Shown here: positions 58,390 to 64,000 of the stretch, in pieces
Numbering within the stretch: the first letter of the stretch is position 1
How the letters are laid out: each line of letters opens with the position of its first letter
DNA from: Spirochaetia bacterium
GTDB taxonomy: Bacteria > Spirochaetota > Spirochaetia > CAKZLE01
DNA length: 64,000 nucleotides
NCBI GenBank assembly: GCA_963677595.1
Contig: OY782041.1
Span: 2,720,001-2,784,000, forward strand
Direction: 5' to 3'
Program-made: the position numbers and the translations under genes
The notes under the pieces: generated by a model
Seen by the model: only the letters and a program-made list of their open reading frames with translations
What the model was told of the DNA's origin: nothing
The model's database searches: none

Positions 58390-59565
58390 ATGAAGTCAAT
58401 ACTGCTGAAGAATGCCCAGGTGATCAGCTGCAATGGGGATGAGGTCTTACACCACCAGAACATCCTGATCGAAGATGGTGTCATCAGATCCATACAGGGA
58501 GATGATACGTTATCCATCCCGGATGGTGCTGAGGTGATCGATGTTGATGGGGGCTACGTCCTTCCCGGCCTGATCACCTGTCATGAGCATGTGCTCATGC
58601 GACCTGACAGGATGCCTACTGATCCCGAGGTCTATGAGCATGTCATCATGTACGGTGCGGTGAATGCCCTGGAACTGCTCCAGAATGGTTTCACCACGGT
58701 ACGGTCGATGTCTGACTTCTGGAACCTCGAGATGGTGCTGCGGGATGCGATCGATACCGGGGTCATCGAAGGTCCGTCCCTAGTCGTCACCGGTAAAGGT
58801 ATGACCGCGACCGGCGGCCATTTCGATGATAAGCTGCACTGCTGTGATACCGCCCAGCTGGCTGAGAAGTATACACAGGAACAGCTGGACAAGGGTGGTG
58901 ACTTCATCAAGGTCTTCCTGACCGGTGGAGTCACCACCGTCGGGACAACCGATGAGGCAAAACTGGGTGAGGCGCAGCTGAAGGCGATCATCTCAACGGC
59001 TCATGCCGCAGGGAAGAAAGTGGCTGCCCACTGTATCGGGCAGAAGGGTGTGATCCTGGCGGCACAAGCCGGAGTCGATTCCATCGAGCATGGGTGCGGC
59101 CTGGATGAAGAGAGCATCCGCTATATATTGGAGAAGAATATCATCCTGGTTCCCACGATCCTGCCCGGGTACATGAACTATATATCGCCGAAGAGGAAGT
59201 TCTTTCCCAAGTTCTTCCTGGAGAAATCTGACCAGTACCTTGCGGACTGCAGGAAGGCTGCCGTCATGGCAAGGGAAGCTGGTGTGAGGATCGCCATGGG
59301 CACTGATGGCGGAGCTCCGAACACGCCCCATTCAGGAGGGGCACAGGAGCTCATCCTCCTTTCCGAGCTTGGGTATACACCCATGGAATGCCTGCATGCT
59401 GCAACGGATACTGCAGCGGAACTCCTTGGTCTTCTGGATGACCGGGGGACGGTTGAGGAAGGCAAGAGGGCAGATCTCATCATCGTCGATGAGAATCCGT
59501 TAGAGAACCTTGCAGTGTTGAAGGATGTAAAGCATGTCCTGAAGGCGGGGAAGATTATTCGCTAG
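58390..59565 (+). CDS. Amidohydrolase, copy 2 (tandem paralog)
   Basis: LPGLITCHEH, GFTTVR, ATGGH, GGDFIK, AAHC.G, SIEHG, MGTDGG, GTVEEGKRADL. Confidence 0.9.
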   Translation: MKSILLKNAQVISCNGDEVLHHQNILIEDGVIRSIQGDDTLSIPDGAEVIDVDGGYVLPGLITCHEHVLMRPDRMPTDPEVYEHVIMYGAVNALELLQNGFTTVRSMSDFWNLEMVLRDAIDTGVIEGPSLVVTGKGMTATGGHFDDKLHCCDTAQLAEKYTQEQLDKGGDFIKVFLTGGVTTVGTTDEAKLGEAQLKAIISTAHAAGKKVAAHCIGQKGVILAAQAGVDSIEHGCGLDEESIRYILEKNIILVPTILPGYMNYISPKRKFFPKFFLEKSDQYLADCRKAAVMAREAGVRIAMGTDGGAPNTPHSGGAQELILLSELGYTPMECLHAATDTAAELLGLLDDRGTVEEGKRADLIIVDENPLENLAVLKDVKHVLKAGKIIR

Positions 59566-59575
59566 TCACTGCAGT

Positions 59576-59606
59576 ATCCCCTATGGATGAATCATCCATA
59601 GGGGAT
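59576..59606. repeat. Perfect 31-bp palindrome (15-bp arms, 1-nt spacer)
   Basis: ATCCCCTATGGATGA-A-TCATCCATAGGGGAT. Confidence 0.85.
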
Positions 59607-59651
59607 CTTCATCTCTTTAGCCTGTGATTACAACGTAAGGAGCATAGATCG

Positions 59652-60857
59652 ATGAACCACCTGTTTGCAGGACGGATGTCCAGGATGAAGAGTTCAGATA
59701 TCAGGGAGATCCTCAAATTCACGAAGAACCCAGAGGTGATCTCATTTGCCGGCGGCCTTCCAGCCCCCGAGCACTTCCCGGTAGCTGAAGTCATCGAGGC
59801 AAACCGGTTGGTGCTGGAGGAAGAAGGAGCGAAAGCGCTCCAGTATGCTCCAACAGAGGGGTACCTGCCCTTGAGGACCTGGATCGCCGAACGGATGAAC
59901 CGGATTCTCCAGACTACCTATACAGCTGATGAGATCCTCATCACGAACGGGGCACAGCAGGCCCTGGACCTTACCGGCATGGTATTCCTCGATCCCGGTG
60001 ACATCGTGGTATGCGAATCCCCAACCTACATGGCGGCGCTCAGTGCGTTCAAAGCCTATGAATGCCGGTTCCTGGAAGTCCCGACCGATGAAGAGGGGAT
60101 GGACCCGGCTGTACTCGAGGATATCCTGAGCCGGCATGAGCAGGTGAAGCTCATCTACACGGTCCCCGATTTCCAGAATCCCACCGGGAGGACCTGGAGC
60201 GCAGAGCGCAGAAAGCAGGTCGCGGCGCTGGCTGAGCGGTTCGGGGTTATGATCGTCGAGGACAATCCCTATGGTGAACTGCGCTTCGAGGGTGAAGCAC
60301 TGCCCTCCATACGGTCCTTCGTCCGAAGCGGGCAGGTGGTGAACCTCGGGACCTTCTCCAAGATCTTCTGTCCCGGTTACCGGATCGGCTGGATAGCCGG
60401 GAATGCAGAGCTCATCAGCAAGTTCGTCCAGGTGAAGCAGGGTGTGGACCTGCAGAGCAGCACGTTATCGCAGATGGTGATCTCCAAGTACCTGGAACTG
60501 AACGATATCGATGTGCAGATCGCCAGGATAGTCGAGACCTACCGCAGCAGGCGTGATACAGCCATTCGTACGATGGAAGAGGTCTTCCCGGACAGTATTG
60601 CCTTCACCAGGCCGCAGGGAGGACTCTTTATCTGGGTGGAACTGCCCGAATACCTCAATGCAAGGGAGCTGCTTGAGCGCTGCATCGAACACAACGTCGC
60701 CTTCGTTCCCGGAGGAGCGTTCTTCCCCAACAGCAGTCGTGAGAATACCTTGAGGATCAACTTCTCCTTCATGGATGAAGGACTCATCGAACAGGGCCTC
60801 ACGACCATGGGTGAGGTGATCAGGGAGATGGTCCAGGCAACCTGCGCTTTCGTATAA
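59652..60857 (+). CDS. PLP-dependent class I aminotransferase (LysN/aromatic amino acid type)
   Basis: SDIREILK, ISFAGGLP, LQY, ITNGAQQALDL, PDFQNPTG, EDNPY, GTFSKIFCPGYRIGW. Confidence 0.92.
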   Translation: MNHLFAGRMSRMKSSDIREILKFTKNPEVISFAGGLPAPEHFPVAEVIEANRLVLEEEGAKALQYAPTEGYLPLRTWIAERMNRILQTTYTADEILITNGAQQALDLTGMVFLDPGDIVVCESPTYMAALSAFKAYECRFLEVPTDEEGMDPAVLEDILSRHEQVKLIYTVPDFQNPTGRTWSAERRKQVAALAERFGVMIVEDNPYGELRFEGEALPSIRSFVRSGQVVNLGTFSKIFCPGYRIGWIAGNAELISKFVQVKQGVDLQSSTLSQMVISKYLELNDIDVQIARIVETYRSRRDTAIRTMEEVFPDSIAFTRPQGGLFIWVELPEYLNARELLERCIEHNVAFVPGGAFFPNSSRENTLRINFSFMDEGLIEQGLTTMGEVIREMVQATCAFV

Positions 60858-60967
60858 CGAATCCAGTCTTTCCCTCTCCACAGATCGATCTTACGTACTC
60901 CCTTCGCCGCTTTTCCAGTTCACGCTTCCATCAGTTCTAAGATGAGATATAAAAATATTATAGAAAA

Positions 60968-61046
60968 TATAAAAAATTTCTAAATACATATTGACGACTG
61001 CGAAATGATGGTGTAAAAAATATATAAGTACTAGAAAATAATTCTA
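60968..61046 (+). promoter_or_regulatory. Promoter with two operator-like sites, upstream of buk
   Basis: TATAAAAAATTTCTA(60968-82), TTGACG(60991-96)-17-TAAAAA, TAGAAAATAATTCTA(61032-46). Confidence 0.6.
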
Positions 61047-61060
61047 ACAGGAGTTGTACA

Positions 61061-62113
61061 TTGAAGATCCTTGTGATAAACCCCGGTGCGACATCGACGA
61101 AGATCGCGGTATTCGATGAAGACGAAGAAGTCATGAAGCAGACGATCGACCACAGCGCAGCTGATCTTGAACCGTTTCGCCGCATCATCGACCAGGCGGC
61201 ATACCGGAAAGAACGGATCCTTGCGACTCTGGAGACTGAAGGTTGGAGGATCGCAGATTTCTCTGCTGTCTGCGGCCGGGGTGGACTGCTGAAGCCGATC
61301 TCATCCGGGACCTATGCCGTGAATGAGTCGGTCGTGGATGATATCGTCAATGCAACCTATGGGGAGCATGCATCAAACCTGGGAGCATACCTGGCGAAGG
61401 AACTCGCGGATGAGGCCTCGATTCCTTCATTCTTCGTTGACCCCGTTTGTGTCGATGAGATGTCTCAGATTGCCCATATGACGGGATTCAAGAGGATGCG
61501 GCGTGTGAGCTTCTTCCATGCACTCAATCACAAGAGCATTGCCCGCAAGGCTGCCGCTAAGCTGGGGAAGACCTATGAGGAACTCAACCTCATCGTTGTG
61601 CACCTCGGCGGCGGGGTATCGGTTGCAGCGCATGAGAAGGGGAAAGCCGTCGATGTCTTCAATGTTACCGATGAGGGCAGTTTCAGCATGGACAGGGCAG
61701 GCGGACTCCCCGTACGTGCCCTGATAGACTACTGTTTCACCGGGAAGTCGAAGGCGGAGATCAAGCTGGAGTTCGCGAAGTCTGCAGGGGTATTCTCATA
61801 TCTCGGCACGAAAGACTTCCGTGAGGTGGTATCCCGTGCTTTCGGCGGGGATGATGAGGCTATGGAGGTATTCAAGGCGCTCGCCTACCAGCTATCCAAA
61901 GATATCGGGGCGATGGCCGCGGTCCTGCGGTACAGGATCGATGCCGTGGTCCTGACAGGCGGGATGGCCTATAACGAGGAGTTCTGCCGGGAGATCAAAA
62001 GCTATGTGGAACCGTTGGGCAAGGTCCTCGTCCTACCCGGGGAGGAGGAGATGAGGTCCTTAGCTGAAGGGGCCCTGCGGGTGCTGCATGGTGAGCCTGC
62101 GGGTACCTATTGA
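61061..62113 (+). CDS. buk: Butyrate (branched-chain carboxylate) kinase
   Basis: ILVINPGATSTKIA, GRGGLLKP, HASNLG, VDPV.VDE, FHALN.K, HLGGG.SV, PGEEEM. Confidence 0.95.
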   Translation: MKILVINPGATSTKIAVFDEDEEVMKQTIDHSAADLEPFRRIIDQAAYRKERILATLETEGWRIADFSAVCGRGGLLKPISSGTYAVNESVVDDIVNATYGEHASNLGAYLAKELADEASIPSFFVDPVCVDEMSQIAHMTGFKRMRRVSFFHALNHKSIARKAAAKLGKTYEELNLIVVHLGGGVSVAAHEKGKAVDVFNVTDEGSFSMDRAGGLPVRALIDYCFTGKSKAEIKLEFAKSAGVFSYLGTKDFREVVSRAFGGDDEAMEVFKALAYQLSKDIGAMAAVLRYRIDAVVLTGGMAYNEEFCREIKSYVEPLGKVLVLPGEEEMRSLAEGALRVLHGEPAGTY

Positions 62114-62129
62114 TGGAGGGGAAGAAGTT

Positions 62130-63038
62130 ATGATGAAGACGATAGTCCAGATCATGGATAGAGCTGCCGGCTTCGGCGGCAGCACGATAGCGGTAGCTGC
62201 CGCACACGATGAGGAGGTGCTTCAGGCCGTCGTCACGGCACGGAAGCAGAAGATCGCAGAGCCGATCCTGATCGGTGATGAAGCGAGGATCATCGACCTG
62301 CTGCGATCTATCGGAGAATCACCCGAAGTATATGAGATCATACCTGCTTCCGATGATGCCGACAGCGCCGCACAGGCGGTAGCCTGCATCAGGGAGGGAA
62401 GGGCAGGGTTCCTGATGAAGGGGATCCTCTCCACCGGTGACCTTATGCGGGCAGTCCTGAACAGTGAGACTGGGATCAAGGCGGGGAACCTCATCAGCCA
62501 TGTTATGGTCTATGAGTCAGCTTCCTACCATAAACTGCTCTTCCTCACTGACGGGGGGGTCAACACCTTCCCGGACCTGGAGAAGAAGGCAGGGATCTTA
62601 GAGAATGCCGCGAAAGTTGTGAGAGCTCTGGGGTATGGGAGCATCAATGCTTCCTGTGTCTGCGGGGCGGAAGCGGTTGACCCGAAGATCCAGTCGACGC
62701 TCGATGCCGATGCGCTCTCCGGGATGAAGGATCGCTGGGAACCGTACGGCATGGAGGTCATCGGGCCCGTAGGCCTCGATATGGCCTTGAGCAAGGAGGC
62801 CTGCCGCCATAAGAACTACCACGGACCGGGTGCCGGTGATGCGGACATCCTGCTGATGCCGAACTACGAGATGGGGAACGGGATTGGGAAGAGCTTGAGT
62901 TTCTGCGGTGCCGGGAATGCGGGGATCGTCGTCGGGGCGAGGGTCCCCATCGTCCTGGTCTCACGTTCCGACAGTGCTGAGTCGAAGCTCGCCTCGATCG
63001 CACTGGGGACCGTGATCGCACATGAGAATAGTCGTTAA
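62130..63038 (+). CDS. ptb: Phosphate butyryltransferase / phosphate acyltransferase
   Basis: IAVAAAHD..VL, LMKG..ST, ISHV, TDGGVN.FP, AEAVDPK, GP..LD.A, GARVPIVLVSRSD. Confidence 0.92.
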   Translation: MMKTIVQIMDRAAGFGGSTIAVAAAHDEEVLQAVVTARKQKIAEPILIGDEARIIDLLRSIGESPEVYEIIPASDDADSAAQAVACIREGRAGFLMKGILSTGDLMRAVLNSETGIKAGNLISHVMVYESASYHKLLFLTDGGVNTFPDLEKKAGILENAAKVVRALGYGSINASCVCGAEAVDPKIQSTLDADALSGMKDRWEPYGMEVIGPVGLDMALSKEACRHKNYHGPGAGDADILLMPNYEMGNGIGKSLSFCGAGNAGIVVGARVPIVLVSRSDSAESKLASIALGTVIAHENSR

Positions 63039-63056
63039 CATGAAGGAATCTGAGTT

Positions 63057-64000
63057 ATGAAAGAGTTACTTACCGGGAACGAGGCCGTCGCACGCGGGGC
63101 CTATGAAGCCGGGGTCCGGGTCTGCTCAGCATACCCGGGGACACCGAGCACGGAGATCTTCGAGAATCTTCCGCAGTATAAGGATGCACTCTACAGTGAG
63201 TGGGCGCCGAACGAGAAGGTCGCCACTGAGGTTGCCTATGGTGCCTCTATTGCCGGGGTGCGGTCCCTTTGCGCGATGAAGCATGTCGGGGTCAACGTCG
63301 CAGCAGATCCTATATTCACTGCGACCTACAACGGGATCGGCGGCGGTTTCGTGATCGTCTCCGCAGATGATCCCTCCATGCACTCGTCGCAGAACGAGCA
63401 GGATAACCGGTACTATGCCAAGGCTGCCAAGATGCCCATGGTCGAACCTTCTGACAGCCAGGAGTGCAAGGACTTCCTGAAGGAGGCATATGCTGTCTCA
63501 GAGCGATTCGACCTCCCCGTGCTGTTTCGCATGACGACCCGGGTCTGCCATTCCAAGAGTGTGGTCGAGACCGGGGAACGGGTAGTAGTCGAACCCCTTG
63601 CCTACAAGAGGAATGCCAGGAAGTTCGTCTGTACCCCAGCTAATGCTTATGAGAATCACCCACTCCTTGAGAAGAAACTGCAGGAGCTCGAGATCTTCGG
63701 CAATACCAGCGGACTGAACAGGATCGAGCGAAACGGTTCCGCTGTCGGGGTCATCACGGCTTCTGTCGCCTACCAGTATGCGAAGGAGGCATTCCCGATT
63801 GACACATCCTTCCTGAAGCTCGGACTGACCTATCCCCTGCCGATGGGCTTGATCAGGGAGTTCGCAGCAAGTGTCGAGAAGCTCTACATCGTAGAGGAAC
63901 TCGAGGGTTTCATGGAGGAACAGATCAAGGCTGCCGGGATAGCCTGTGAGGGAAAGGAACAGCTCGGGAACATCCATGAGCTGAACCCCCAGCTCTTACG
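63057..64000 (+). CDS. iorA: Indolepyruvate:ferredoxin oxidoreductase alpha subunit (3'-truncated by window; not in ORF track)
   Basis: Manual translation MKELLTGNEAVARGAYEAG..SAYPGTPSTEI..EWAPNEKVA..MKHVGVNVAADP..ADDPSMHSSQNEQDNR. Confidence 0.95.
   Translation, partial: MKELLTGNEAVARGAYEAGVRVCSAYPGTPSTEIFENLPQYKDALYSEWAPNEKVATEVAYGASIAGVRSLCAMKHVGVNVAADPIFTATYNGIGGGFVIVSADDPSMHSSQNEQDNRYYAKAAKMPMVEPSDSQECKDFLKEAYAVSERFDLPVLFRMTTRVCHSKSVVETGERVVVEPLAYKRNARKFVCTPANAYENHPLLEKKLQELEIFGNTSGLNRIERNGSAVGVITASVAYQYAKEAFPIDTSFLKLGLTYPLPMGLIREFAASVEKLYIVEELEGFMEEQIKAAGIACEGKEQLGNIHELNPQLL

Noticed and set aside
1-64000. tRNA, rRNA, CRISPR arrays, IS elements
   Set aside because: None recognised; intergenic gaps are short and explained by promoters and terminators.

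Overview
GC-rich bacterial chromosomal segment, probably from an anaerobic free-living spirochaete. This is inferred from the 'FAGGQQE/TAGGVTE/FANGTQE'-type N-termini of secreted proteins and from gene content. No rRNA, tRNA, CRISPR array, integrase or transposase was seen. From left to right: the end of trpB-trpA; an ABC importer plus a UbiD/UbiA (MqnL/MqnP-like) pair joined to a locus resembling flavin-based extracellular electron transfer (FLEET), with a triple FMN-binding lipoprotein, EetA/EetB-like proteins, ApbE, NDH-2-DoxX and a polyprenyl synthase; gnd; a small unannotated 4-Cys protein; NatAB-like ABC; fhs; larA; and a LacI-controlled catabolic regulon. That regulon holds a TRAP transporter, Ldh_2 oxidoreductase, IolN-like creatininase, SDR, fucose-isomerase-like protein, HpcH aldolase, archaeal-type GAPDH and PGK with altered phosphate-binding motifs, a racemase and a lactonase. 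Then come trkHA-arcA-argF; an AT-richer XRE/ImmA + MNT/HEPN islet; M20/YfcC; zwf-pgl; a two-component system with a PDZ-only protein; and a YheO-regulated amino-acid fermentation cluster (SLC13, two amidohydrolases, aminotransferase, buk, ptb, iorA). The two best candidates for undescribed biology are (1) a kinase-free catabolic pathway that may oxidise a non-G3P aldehyde with substrate-level phosphorylation through repurposed GAPDH-II/PGK, and (2) a FLEET variant that appears to import and finish its quinone head group with UbiA/UbiD instead of DmkA. All calls come from motif recognition by eye; no searches were run.
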